Shown here: positions 36,339 to 45,718 of the stretch, in pieces
Layout of the letters: every line of letters starts with the position of its first letter
How positions within the stretch are numbered: the first letter of the stretch is position 1
Origin: an uncultured Clostridia bacterium
GTDB lineage: Bacteria; Bacillota; Clostridia; Oscillospirales; Ruminococcaceae
Length of the DNA: 64,000 bases
NCBI GenBank assembly: GCA_947624375.1
Contig: CANQKD010000008.1
Span: 1-64,000 of the forward strand
Direction of reading: 5' to 3'
Notes under the pieces: generated by a model
Seen by the model: the letters and a program-made list of their open reading frames with translations, nothing else
Told to the model about the DNA's origin: nothing
Databases searched by the model: none
Made by a program: the position numbers and the translations under genes

Positions 36339-37541
36339 ATGAACATAGCAGTCGCACAGTCAGGCGGCCCAACCTGCGCTATAAACGCATCTTTGGTAGG
36401 CGTGTTCCGCGAGGCGCTGAAAACCCCCGAAATTGATACGGTCTTCGGCTCTATCAACGGCATTGAGGGCATTATAGGCGACGACCTTATTATCCTCAAC
36501 GCCGCTATTTCTACAAATGAAGATATGGAGCTTCTGCGGCAAACACCGTCTACTATTTTAGGTTCTTGCAGATATAAACTGCCCGATGCAGAGACCGATG
36601 AAACGCCGTATATAAAGGCTTTAAAGACTTTTGACAAGCACAGGATACAGAAATTTGTGTATATCGGCGGCAACGATTCTATGGATACCGTTGTAAAGCT
36701 GTCAAAGTATTTTGAAAGCATAGGCAGGAGCGATATAAAAGTAATAGGCGTACCCAAGACCATTGATAACGACCTTTGTGTTACCGACCACACTCCGGGC
36801 TTTGGCTCGGCGGCTAAGTATGTTGCCTCAACCGTGCAGGAAATTATCCGCGACAGCAGAGTTTACAGTATAGAAAGCGTTACAATAATCGAGATAATGG
36901 GCAGAAACGCCGGCTGGCTGGCGGCATCTACCTGTATGCTTCGTGCCAACGGCGAAATTGCGCCGCACCTTATCTATCTGCCCGAGGGCGATTTCAGCGT
37001 GAGCCGTTTTGTAGAAGACGTAAAATGCCAGCAGGCTAAACATCAGGCTGTAATAGTCGCGGTCTCCGAGGGCGTAAAGCTTGACGAGAACGAGCAGGGC
37101 AGCAGCACCGATGCGTTCGGTCACATACAGCTTTCCGGCATAGGCAAACGCTTAGAGCGCATTATCGCAAAGGAGATAAACTGCAAAGTGCGCTCAATTG
37201 AACTGAACGTAATGCAGAGATGCTCCAGCCATATATGCTCAAAAACCGATATTGACGAAGCCGAGCTTATAGGCGCGTGCGGTCTGAAAGCGGCTATGAA
37301 CGGCGAGAGCGGCAGAATGATGTATTTTAAGCGCCTTAGCGATATACCGTATGTTGTCACGGTAGATTCGGTAGATGCAAACGAGGTCGCCAACACCGAA
37401 AAGCCGTTCCCCAAAAAGTGGATAACCGACAGCGGTAATAACGTCTCCGATGAAGCGCTCAGGTATTTTCTTCCGCTTATTCAGGGCGAGGTAAAGATCG
37501 CTATGAAAAACGGTATGCCGCTGCATTTTATGCTAAAATAA
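36339..37541 (+). CDS. 6-phosphofructokinase, long (400 aa) form, possibly PPi-dependent
   Basis: PFK signatures are MNIAVAQSGGPTCAINA, GGNDS, PKTIDND and MGR. Confidence 0.8.
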   Translation: MNIAVAQSGGPTCAINASLVGVFREALKTPEIDTVFGSINGIEGIIGDDLIILNAAISTNEDMELLRQTPSTILGSCRYKLPDAETDETPYIKALKTFDKHRIQKFVYIGGNDSMDTVVKLSKYFESIGRSDIKVIGVPKTIDNDLCVTDHTPGFGSAAKYVASTVQEIIRDSRVYSIESVTIIEIMGRNAGWLAASTCMLRANGEIAPHLIYLPEGDFSVSRFVEDVKCQQAKHQAVIVAVSEGVKLDENEQGSSTDAFGHIQLSGIGKRLERIIAKEINCKVRSIELNVMQRCSSHICSKTDIDEAELIGACGLKAAMNGESGRMMYFKRLSDIPYVVTVDSVDANEVANTEKPFPKKWITDSGNNVSDEALRYFLPLIQGEVKIAMKNGMPLHFMLK

Positions 37542-37553
37542 CAAGGTAATATT

Positions 37554-38717
37554 ATGACAAAACTTTTATTGAAAATGTTTGTCCGCGGCGATGTGAAAGA
37601 AACCGCCAACCGCCGCAAGGTAGGGTATGTAGGCTCTTTTACCGGCATTGCGGTAAATGTTATGCTCTTTCTGGGTAAGCTGCTGGCAGGGCTTGTGGCA
37701 GGCTCTGTATCTGTAATGGCAGATGCCTTCAACAACCTTTCCGATGCAGGCTCATCGCTGCTTACGTTCGTGGGCTTCAAATTTGCGGGCAGACCGGCAG
37801 ATAAAGAGCACCCGTTCGGTCACGGCAGAATGGAGTACGTAACGGGTCTTATCATATCTTTTATAATAATGGTAATGGGCTTAGAGCTTGCCGAAAGCTC
37901 CGTCACAAAAATAATACACGCCGAAAAAACGGCGTTCAGCGCCCTTGCCCTTGCAATACTTATAATATCCGTTGCCGTAAAACTGTGGCTGTTTTTCTTC
38001 TACCGCAGGCTCGGCAGGCTTATAAATTCGGGCACTCTAACAGCCGCCGCCATGGACAGCCTGAGCGACACTGTTTCTACCGCGGCGGTAATAATTTCAA
38101 TGCTTGTTGCAAAATTTGCTGGCATAAATACCGACGGCTATGCAGGCGTGCTGGTCTCGCTGTTTATAATGTATACCGGCGTTATGACCTTTCGCGACAG
38201 CCTTACGCCGCTTCTGGGCACACGCCCCGATAAGCAGCTGGTGTGCGAGATACGAGACAGGGTGTGCAGCTACCCGAATATAAAGGGCGTGCATGATCTT
38301 CTGGTACACGATTACGGCGCAGGCAATATGATGATATCGCTGCACGCCGAAGTGCCCGTGACCATGAATTTTGCAGATGCCCACGAGCTTATTGATATTA
38401 TAGAAGACGATCTGAAAACCGAGTATAATTGCTCCGTCACCATTCATGTTGACCCTATAGCAGATACCGATGAAGAAACAATAGAACTGCGAAAACTGTG
38501 CGAAAAAACGGTCAAAGAGATAGACAGCGAAATATCTATCCACGACTTTCGCATAACAAAAGGCACGCAGCATATAAATCTTATCTTCGATGCCGCCGTG
38601 CCGTATGGGTTTAAGTATTCCAACGAAAAAACCGCAGAGCTTATCAGGGAAAAGCTCCGCGCCGAAGATGAAAAGTATTTTACCGTTGTAAATGTAGAAA
38701 ACGATATGTCAATGTAA
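37554..38717 (+). CDS. Cation diffusion facilitator family transporter
   Basis: 6 TM helices with an ADAFNNLSD motif and an HPFGHGR loop. The C-terminal cytoplasmic domain is CDF-type. Confidence 0.85.
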   Translation: MTKLLLKMFVRGDVKETANRRKVGYVGSFTGIAVNVMLFLGKLLAGLVAGSVSVMADAFNNLSDAGSSLLTFVGFKFAGRPADKEHPFGHGRMEYVTGLIISFIIMVMGLELAESSVTKIIHAEKTAFSALALAILIISVAVKLWLFFFYRRLGRLINSGTLTAAAMDSLSDTVSTAAVIISMLVAKFAGINTDGYAGVLVSLFIMYTGVMTFRDSLTPLLGTRPDKQLVCEIRDRVCSYPNIKGVHDLLVHDYGAGNMMISLHAEVPVTMNFADAHELIDIIEDDLKTEYNCSVTIHVDPIADTDEETIELRKLCEKTVKEIDSEISIHDFRITKGTQHINLIFDAAVPYGFKYSNEKTAELIREKLRAEDEKYFTVVNVENDMSM

Positions 38718-38768
38718 AAAAGGCTGCATGAACTTCTTGCTCATGCAGCCTTGGTTTTTGTAATAAGA

Positions 38769-39185
38769 TCAGAACGGGTGGTCGTCGATGCTGTCATCGT
38801 CCATGTCCGGGTGAGGGTGCGCACCGCCAACCATGTCTCTGCCGCGAATGTTGTACTTGTCGCGCTCGGCGTTCACACTGTCTTCAAGCAGCTTCATAAA
38901 CTGCCTCGGATTTTTTATCGCGTGTACCTCTTTAACAGGGGTGTCGGCATCGTTCTTAACGTGCAGATAAACCGTTCCGCACTTGAAAAGCCTCTGCATA
39001 AACGGCAGTTTCAGCCTCTTGTCGGTAATGCGGTAAAGCTCGCACTCGTCTTCCGAAACGCTGAGAAAACCTCTGCGAGTGATAAACTTATCCTTCGTCA
39101 GAAAATACTTGGTGAACGAAAGCGGCAGTCCAAAAAGTGTCCGCTTCTTGTCAGACCATATATAATCAAAGTCCTCTTTTTTCAT
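38769..39185 (-). CDS. Hypothetical small cytoplasmic protein (possibly a bacterial PH-domain-like fold)
   Basis: Start trimmed to MKKEDFDY, which has a GGAGGAG RBS. No strong motif. Confidence 0.4.
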   Translation of the reverse strand: MKKEDFDYIWSDKKRTLFGLPLSFTKYFLTKDKFITRRGFLSVSEDECELYRITDKRLKLPFMQRLFKCGTVYLHVKNDADTPVKEVHAIKNPRQFMKLLEDSVNAERDKYNIRGRDMVGGAHPHPDMDDDSIDDHPF

Positions 39186-39299
39186 GCTCTTTCTCTCCTC
39201 CGTCAAAGCGAGTGATGAAATCTAACAGTATAATTATATCATATTATGAGAAAATGTCAAGCCGTTTTTTGCACAAAATTGCCTTAGCGTTTTAGCGAT

Positions 39300-42281
39300 T
39301 TAGTGTTTCACGCTGTCTTTTTCGTCAAGTATCTTGCTAAGCTCCGATACCGTCTCCATAGGCGCGGTGCCGTCAGCGATCATATCAAGCATATGCGGCA
39401 CAATTGTCGGGTCAAGCTGGCTGCCGCTCACGCGCTTCAGCTCTTCGGTTATTGCCTCTTGTGTAAGCGCCTTGCGGTAGCACCTTGTGCTGCTCATAGC
39501 ATCGTATGTATCTGCTACACCTATAATACGCGCCTCAAGCGGTATTTCCTCACCAGCCAGCTTTTCGCAGTAGCCGTTGCCGTCAAAGCGCTCGTGGTGG
39601 TAGCGCGCCCCCTGCGAAATGCCGTCTATCGCCGTGAAATTCTCAAGTATCTTGCCGCCGATAGCAGGGTGAGTGCGTATTATGTCCATTTCCTCGTCGG
39701 TAAGCTTGCCCGGCTTTGTAAGAATGTTATCCGGTACGCCTATTTTGCCTATGTCGTGCAGAAGCGCAATGTAGTATATCCTCTCCTGCTCAGCCGCCGA
39801 AAGCCCCATTCTTCGTGATAACTCACGCGAGTATGCCGCAACTCTCAGCGAGTGACCCGTGGTGTACTTGTCTTTTGCATCTATAGTTTCCGCGAATGTC
39901 TTCAGTGACTGCTCAACTATCTTTTTGTATGCTTCCTGTCTGTGCCGTGCAGCCCTCAGCCGCGCCGCCGCGATTATCGAGATTATCACCGCAACAACTA
40001 TCAGCATCAGCACAACTATCAGTATCCAGAAAAGCGGATATTCCCTCAGCCGCTTTGTTTTGTTCACCGTCATCGTGTAGACCTGTGCATTGTCGGGGTC
40101 TTCGGTCGAATATACCCTTACAACAAATCTGTATTCGCCGCCCGGCAGGTTGGTGTAGCTTACAATATCACTGTTAGAGCCCGTCAGCACGGTCTCGCTG
40201 TCTTCAAAGCCTTCAAGACGGTAAGCTACGGTAAAATCGCTTCCGCCAACGTATGAAAGCGCCGCAAAATCTATCGTTATACGCTGCGCACCGCCGGGGA
40301 TAGTCATCTCTTTCGGCTGCTCGTATACCTTGCCGTCGACTGTCACGCTGTTTATTGCTATCCTCGGCAGATCTGCGCTTGCCTCCTCAAAGCCGAAAAC
40401 GCTAATGCCGTGCCGCGTAGAAATATATAGTTTTCCGTCCTCGTCGGTGTAGTTCCATGTGTTAGCGTTGAGCGAGCCCGTAAGTCCGCTGTCAAAACTG
40501 TATACCGAGCTTTTTGCAGTCTCACCGCTCAGAAGCTGCTGTTTGTCAAGCGCAATAAGACCGTTGTTTTGCAATAGCCACAGCTTTCCGCCGCGGTCTA
40601 CAAAATCAAAAATGCTGCCTGCGCCTTTCAGAAAATTCTCCAGCTTGCGAAACTCTTTTTTATCCCAGTAGTACAGGTTGCTGCCCGCGCTTACAAAATA
40701 GCCGTCGCCGTCCTCCTCGGGTATCATTCGCAGAACAACGCCTTCTTCCAGCTTCTGCTCAAAACCGTAGTTGGTTATCTTGCCGTCTTTAAGAGCATAA
40801 ATTCCGCCGCCGTCGCTGCCCATGTAAAGCGTGCCGTCCTTGTCCTGAGCCAGACACAGTATCGCAGAGACCGTCAGCCCGTCCTTCGATTCGTAGCTTT
40901 CATAAGCTTCGCCGTCCTTTATTATGTTTACGCCCTCCTGCGTTGCCACCGCGTATGAGCCGTCAGAGAGCTGTATAACCATTCTGACGCGGTTGCTTAT
41001 CAAGCCGTTTTCGGTGTTGTATGTCGTGATGTCGCCGCTTTCCGGCTCGTACTTCACCAGCCCGAAGTCAGAGTATGTAGATATCCATACATCCCCCGAA
41101 CTGTCGGTCATTATGTGCCTTATCCTTATGCCGTCAAGCATCTGCGTAAGGCCGTTTTGTATGGCATTTCCGCCGCCGTCAACAATAGAAATGCCGTTGT
41201 CGTGCGCCGCGTATATGTTGCCGTCCGCCTTTGTGACAGCATTTATTGCAATATCAGAGATACCCTCTCCGCCAAGCGCAGAAATGCAGCCCACGGTGTA
41301 CTTTATTGCACCGTATGTAGAAGATGCGAACCATATGTTTCCCTCATAGTCTATCACCGCATCATTTGTCGGCAGTGACTGCTCAGTGTCGTCAAGCATA
41401 AGTATCCTGCCGTCTTGATCCATTACCGCAAACCCGTGTTCACCGCATATAACTATCCTGCCGTCAGGGGCTATCTCAATGCTGTTGTGGGTGACTATCG
41501 GGTAGGCAGAGTAAACCTTTGTAACGTAATTTCCGCCCTCGTCAAACGTCAGCACCGCCACCTTGTCTTCCGAAGAACCAAGATAGATTCTGCCGTCTTT
41601 GTCGGACGCCACGCAGTATATCTCAGCCGTTTCAAAAATATCTGTCGGGTCAAGAATTTTTTCAGCAGCGCCGTTTGATACCACCGCGCACTTGCCCGAG
41701 TTCATAGCAGCCCATACTCTGCCCAGAGGGTCGCACGCTATAGAATACACCGTCTCGCCTGCAAGCCCCTCGCCCGAGTATACCTTTATTTCACCGTCTG
41801 CGATCTCGCCAATGCCCGAAGTTGAAGCTATGTAAATCCTGCCGTCCTTGTCCTCGGCAAAATCTCTTATGCATAAAAATGAGTAGTCCCCCGGGCTCTT
41901 TATCGTGCTGAACGAGCCGTTTTCATACAGATAAACGCCTGCATCGTTGGTGCCTATCCACAGCCTGCCCTTGCTGTCCTCAAAAAGCGAGCGTATTGAA
42001 GACGACGAAACAGAGCCGTCGGTGCTGTAATTGCGGAAATTGCTGCCGTCGTAGCGTATAAGTCCGCCGTAGCTGCCTATCCATATGTAGCCGTCGGAAG
42101 TTTGCAAAACAGTGTTCGCCTCGCCAGTGGGCAAGCCATTTTGTTCGTTGTATATGGTCTTTACGTATGTGGTGTCAGCGTCCGCGCGAGTAAAACCGCC
42201 ACAGTCTGTGAAAATTATGCACAAAGACAAACACACAGCCGCCGCAGCAGCGGTCAGCCGCCTGAGTATTGAAACGTTCAT
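39300..42281 (-). CDS. Sensor protein: signal peptide, periplasmic two-component-regulator-propeller (Y_Y_Y-type) repeats, one TM helix and a cytoplasmic HD-GYP phosphodiesterase domain
   Basis: Start set at MNVSILRR (RBS GGAGG). The periplasmic region has repeated GxxxGLxxYDG motifs. TM is LFWILIVVLMLIVVAVIISIIAAA. HD-GYP motifs are HDIGKIGVPD and HHERFDGNGYC, the latter being a GYP-to-GYC variant. Confidence 0.8.
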   Translation of the reverse strand: MNVSILRRLTAAAAAVCLSLCIIFTDCGGFTRADADTTYVKTIYNEQNGLPTGEANTVLQTSDGYIWIGSYGGLIRYDGSNFRNYSTDGSVSSSSIRSLFEDSKGRLWIGTNDAGVYLYENGSFSTIKSPGDYSFLCIRDFAEDKDGRIYIASTSGIGEIADGEIKVYSGEGLAGETVYSIACDPLGRVWAAMNSGKCAVVSNGAAEKILDPTDIFETAEIYCVASDKDGRIYLGSSEDKVAVLTFDEGGNYVTKVYSAYPIVTHNSIEIAPDGRIVICGEHGFAVMDQDGRILMLDDTEQSLPTNDAVIDYEGNIWFASSTYGAIKYTVGCISALGGEGISDIAINAVTKADGNIYAAHDNGISIVDGGGNAIQNGLTQMLDGIRIRHIMTDSSGDVWISTYSDFGLVKYEPESGDITTYNTENGLISNRVRMVIQLSDGSYAVATQEGVNIIKDGEAYESYESKDGLTVSAILCLAQDKDGTLYMGSDGGGIYALKDGKITNYGFEQKLEEGVVLRMIPEEDGDGYFVSAGSNLYYWDKKEFRKLENFLKGAGSIFDFVDRGGKLWLLQNNGLIALDKQQLLSGETAKSSVYSFDSGLTGSLNANTWNYTDEDGKLYISTRHGISVFGFEEASADLPRIAINSVTVDGKVYEQPKEMTIPGGAQRITIDFAALSYVGGSDFTVAYRLEGFEDSETVLTGSNSDIVSYTNLPGGEYRFVVRVYSTEDPDNAQVYTMTVNKTKRLREYPLFWILIVVLMLIVVAVIISIIAAARLRAARHRQEAYKKIVEQSLKTFAETIDAKDKYTTGHSLRVAAYSRELSRRMGLSAAEQERIYYIALLHDIGKIGVPDNILTKPGKLTDEEMDIIRTHPAIGGKILENFTAIDGISQGARYHHERFDGNGYCEKLAGEEIPLEARIIGVADTYDAMSSTRCYRKALTQEAITEELKRVSGSQLDPTIVPHMLDMIADGTAPMETVSELSKILDEKDSVKH

Positions 42282-42357
42282 TATGTTCCTCCGTTCGTAA
42301 TGAGCGAAAATTTCTGTATAAATTATAGCACAAAACGCCCGGCAAGTCAATATAGAT

Positions 42358-42840
42358 GCAAGAAGTAAGAGGTCAGAAGTCAGAAATGTTTATTACGAGC
42401 TTTGCGGCAGTTTTTCATACCTGCGGTTTACAAGAGGCAAGAATGCGCCCCACAGCCTCTGTTCACCGCTCCACATTCTCTGCTTCTCTCTAAAACTCCG
42501 TGCCACCCCCTACATCACTAGAAGAATATACTGTCAGTCGCATTTCTTTGAATGTCCGCAGGGTGGGGGATAGTATTTATTATTTTAGAACAACTAAGTA
42601 TAAGCGGTGAACGCGCTCCTGCGCCGCGCGTAAGCGCAAACCAACAACAGCTGACCGCCGTACTTTTCCGCGCCCCTCACCCAGATAATAGCACATTTCC
42701 CCTCACGTCACCGGAAGAATATTCTGCTAACGCACTTTTTTGAAGACGTGTGGAGGGTGGGGGATAGTATTTATTATTTTAGAACAACTAAGTATAAGCG
42801 GTGAACGCGCTCCTGCGCCGCGCGTAAGCGCAATAAAAAA
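42358..42840. repeat. Mosaic repeat locus 3. Purine-rich agaggcaagaa motifs (42358-42450) are followed by a ~195-bp tandem duplication (42519-42638 and 42712-42833) of the 'gaagaatattctgc...gggtggggg' element, which includes an exact 80-nt duplicate
   Basis: The 80-nt core agggtgggggatagtatttattattttagaacaactaagtataagcggtgaacgcgctcctgcgccgcgcgtaagcgcaa occurs at 42559-42638 and 42754-42833. Confidence 0.7.
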
Positions 42841-42866
42841 GACCCGTGGGGGTCTCTTGATTCATT
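42841..42866 (-). terminator. Intrinsic terminator downstream of tRNA-Arg
   Basis: On the minus strand, gagacccccacgggtc is followed by TTTTTT. Confidence 0.6.
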
Positions 42867-42987
42867 AAAAGCAAAAGTTATTGATAACGTCCATTATTCA
42901 CTGAGCCTTTGCACAAAATTATTTTCACGGGAACAAAAAAGGGACACATCGCTCTGTGTCCCGAAATTGGGTGCAGCGTCACGCTGC

Positions 42988-43064
42988 TGGTGCGCCAGAA
43001 GGGATTCGAACCCCCGACCTTTTGGTTCGTAGCCAAACACTCTATCCAACTGAGCTACTGGCGC
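42988..43064 (-). tRNA. tRNA-Arg (anticodon ACG) with encoded CCA
   Basis: The reverse complement folds as a cloverleaf: GCGCCAG acceptor, AGCUCAGUUGGAUAGAGU D-arm, anticodon loop CUACGAA and GGUUCGAAUCC T-arm. Confidence 0.9.
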
Positions 43065-43122
43065 TTGTTTGTCGAGCCTTCCGCCCGACAATTTCATATT
43101 ATAACACACTCAAAGCGGTTTG

Positions 43123-43593
43123 TCAATAGCTAATTTTGCTTTTGCACAAAAATTCAAGCAGCCCCTCGCAGCCTTCGGTGATGTCGTTGTACGTCAGGTC
43201 AAAATCGCCTGTGTACCATGGGTCTGCAATGTCCTCGCCCGCGCGGTCGGTAAAATCCAGCAGCCTGCATATCTTGCCTTTGGGGTCAGAGCGTATTATC
43301 CTGCGGATATTGCGCATATTATTGCCGTCCATAACTATTATGTAGTCAAACGCGGCGTAGTCGTCAGTGCACACCTGCCGCGCGCTTCGCCTTGTGAAAG
43401 GTATACCTGCCTCGCGCAGGCGCGCCTTGCTGCCGTGGTGCATATCGCTGCCAAGCTCCTCGGTGCTCGTCGCCGCCGATTCAACGTAAATTTCGCGCTC
43501 CAGACCGCTCTTTCTCACCATGTCTTTCATAACAAATTCAGCCATCGGCGAGCGGCATATGTTGCCGTGACATACAAAAAGTATCGAGATCAT
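43123..43593 (-). CDS. Low-molecular-weight protein-tyrosine phosphatase / arsenate-reductase-fold protein
   Basis: Start set at MISILFVCHGNICRSPMAE (a CX5R P-loop), with an AGGAG RBS. The DPWY motif is present. Confidence 0.8.
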   Translation of the reverse strand: MISILFVCHGNICRSPMAEFVMKDMVRKSGLEREIYVESAATSTEELGSDMHHGSKARLREAGIPFTRRSARQVCTDDYAAFDYIIVMDGNNMRNIRRIIRSDPKGKICRLLDFTDRAGEDIADPWYTGDFDLTYNDITEGCEGLLEFLCKSKISY

Positions 43594-43663
43594 GTTGCTT
43601 CTCCTAAGTATATTTATATATAGTATATCACGTTCCGGGCAGTTTTTCAAGCAAAAATATGTG

Positions 43664-44167
43664 TCACCCTGCCGTTACAAGCTTTTTGAAGTACTTGTTT
43701 TTCTCCATTATTGTGAATATCACCACGCCAAGTACCGTTACGCACACTGCCTCGCCTATAGCTACCTCAGCCGCCGATAGCCAGAAAGGCAGATGCACAA
43801 ATACTTTCAGCTCCATGCCAACTATCAGAGCATTGCTTATAACAGGCATAAGCGATGCCGCTATCATCTTCGGCAGACGGTTTTTCTCAGCGTTCCTGCC
43901 TATTAAATACATCGGTATCGCCGCCGCCAGCGTTGCCAGAGTGCCGAATACCATGTCAAGCGCCATAGGGCTGAATATGTTCGCTATAAAGCACCCGACC
44001 GTAAGCGCCGCGCAGTACCTCTTTTTGTAAAAACACAGCATCATCAGCGCCTCCGCTATCCTGAACTGTATGTTACCGTATGATAAACTGCTCAGTGCTA
44101 CCGTCAGTGCCGCGTATGCCGCCGCTACCAATCCTGCCGTCGCTATCGCTTTTGTGTCTATCTTCAT
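43664..44167 (-). CDS. QueT-family (queuosine precursor) transporter-like small membrane protein
   Basis: 167 aa with 5 TM helices. Its size and topology are typical of QueT/ECF-S-like proteins. An AGGAGG RBS is present. Confidence 0.6.
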   Translation of the reverse strand: MKIDTKAIATAGLVAAAYAALTVALSSLSYGNIQFRIAEALMMLCFYKKRYCAALTVGCFIANIFSPMALDMVFGTLATLAAAIPMYLIGRNAEKNRLPKMIAASLMPVISNALIVGMELKVFVHLPFWLSAAEVAIGEAVCVTVLGVVIFTIMEKNKYFKKLVTAG

Positions 44168-44610
44168 CTTCTATTCCTCCTGCTTTTAGTATTTCAGACC
44201 GCAGTTTTGCTTGCTGTTATTACGTTGCTTTTGGGGGAGACCCTTTTGGAAAAGGGTCGTCCCCCAAGCCCCCTCACTAAAACTTCCATATTTTTTGCGA
44301 GGGGTAATTATCATTGAAAAAGAAATTAAAAGCTTGTCTTTTTGCGTTCTTTCTAAAACGAATTACCCCTCGCAAAAAACAATATAAAAGTCTTTGGAAA
44401 GGGGTATGGGGAATAACCTTTCTTCAGAAAGGTTTTCCCCAGAGGCAGTATAGTAACAGCAGGCAGACCGTGATCTGCAAATTACAAAACAGAAAGGCAA
44501 CAAAAAGGTGCGGCTGCAGGGAACAGACGCACCTTGTAAAAACACAGTAATTGCCGTTCCTGTTTTTATTAACGAGTGGTTTCCCGGAATACACTCGGTG
44601 AAGGCTGAAA

Positions 44611-45474
44611 TTACGCCTTATTTACGCTGCCGAACAGTTCCATTTTCTCCTTGACCTTAGCCTTGATAGCCTCAAAGCCGGGAGCGAGGAGCTTTCTCGG
44701 GTCAAAGCCCTTGCCCTGAAGATCCTTGCCTGCCTCGATGTAAGCTCTTGTAGCTTCCTGGAAAACAAGCTGGCACTCGGTGTTTACGTTAATCTTAGCA
44801 ACGCCGAGGGATATAGCTTTCTTTATCATGTCGTCGGGAATGCCCGTGCCGCCGTGCAGAACGAGGGGCATATCACCGACCTTTTCTTTAACAGCCGCAA
44901 GCGTTTCAAAAGACAGACCTGCCCAGTTTTCGGGGTATTTGCCGTGAATGTTGCCGATGCCTGCCGCAAGCATGGTCACGCCGAGGTCAGCAATAGCCTT
45001 GCATTCGTCGGGGTCAGCGCATTCGCCCATGCCTACAACGCCGTCTTCTTCGCCGCCGATAGCGCCTACCTCAGCCTCGAGCGAGATGCCCAGAACGTCG
45101 CAGGTGTTTACCAGAGCGGTAGTTTTGGCGATGTTTTCTTCAATGGGGTAGTGAGAGCCGTCAAACATTATTGACGAGAAGCCTGCGTTGATACAAGCCT
45201 TAGCGCCCTCAAATGTGCCGTGGTCAAGGTGCAGAGCAACGGGAACAGTGATGTTCAGCTCGTTTATCATACCCTTTACCATGCCAACAACAGTTGTGTA
45301 TCCGCACATATACTTTCCCGCACCTTCGGAAACACCGAGAATAACGGGGGAATTGCACTCCTGAGCCGTGAGGAGTATAGCCTTTGTCCATTCGAGATTG
45401 TTGATGTTGAACTGACCTACGGCATACTTGCCCTCTCTTGCCTTGTTGAGCATATCCTTTGCAGAAACTAACAT
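44611..45474 (-). CDS. fba: Fructose-bisphosphate aldolase, class II
   Basis: 287 aa. Has LHLDHG plus the conserved class-II Zn ligands and GGTG. Confidence 0.9.
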   Translation of the reverse strand: MLVSAKDMLNKAREGKYAVGQFNINNLEWTKAILLTAQECNSPVILGVSEGAGKYMCGYTTVVGMVKGMINELNITVPVALHLDHGTFEGAKACINAGFSSIMFDGSHYPIEENIAKTTALVNTCDVLGISLEAEVGAIGGEEDGVVGMGECADPDECKAIADLGVTMLAAGIGNIHGKYPENWAGLSFETLAAVKEKVGDMPLVLHGGTGIPDDMIKKAISLGVAKINVNTECQLVFQEATRAYIEAGKDLQGKGFDPRKLLAPGFEAIKAKVKEKMELFGSVNKA

Positions 45475-45718
45475 AAAAAAACCTCCTGTATGTCTTTTTA
45501 AAAATGTTCATAAATATATTATAACGTATCTTTCTGAAAATTGCAATCCTTTCAGAAGATTTTTTTGTGATAAATTTCTAATATACGACAAATAATTTTG
45601 TACAAGTTTGTTATTTCTTTTATTTAAAAAGCTATTGAAATTTTCAGCAGACTGTGTTATAATCTTATAGTAAACCATATTTAATAGATGAATTTAAACA
45701 ATGTTTGGAGGAAAATTT

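Noticed and set aside
42894-43133. ORFs 42894-43109 (minus strand) and 42909-43133 (plus strand)
   Set aside because: They overlap and read through the tRNA-Arg gene and its terminator.
44168-44330. preQ1-I riboswitch upstream of queT
   Set aside because: No 5-bp stem with an 11-13-nt loop followed by the conserved A-rich tail could be found. The hairpins present are much longer. It is left as an open question in the findings.
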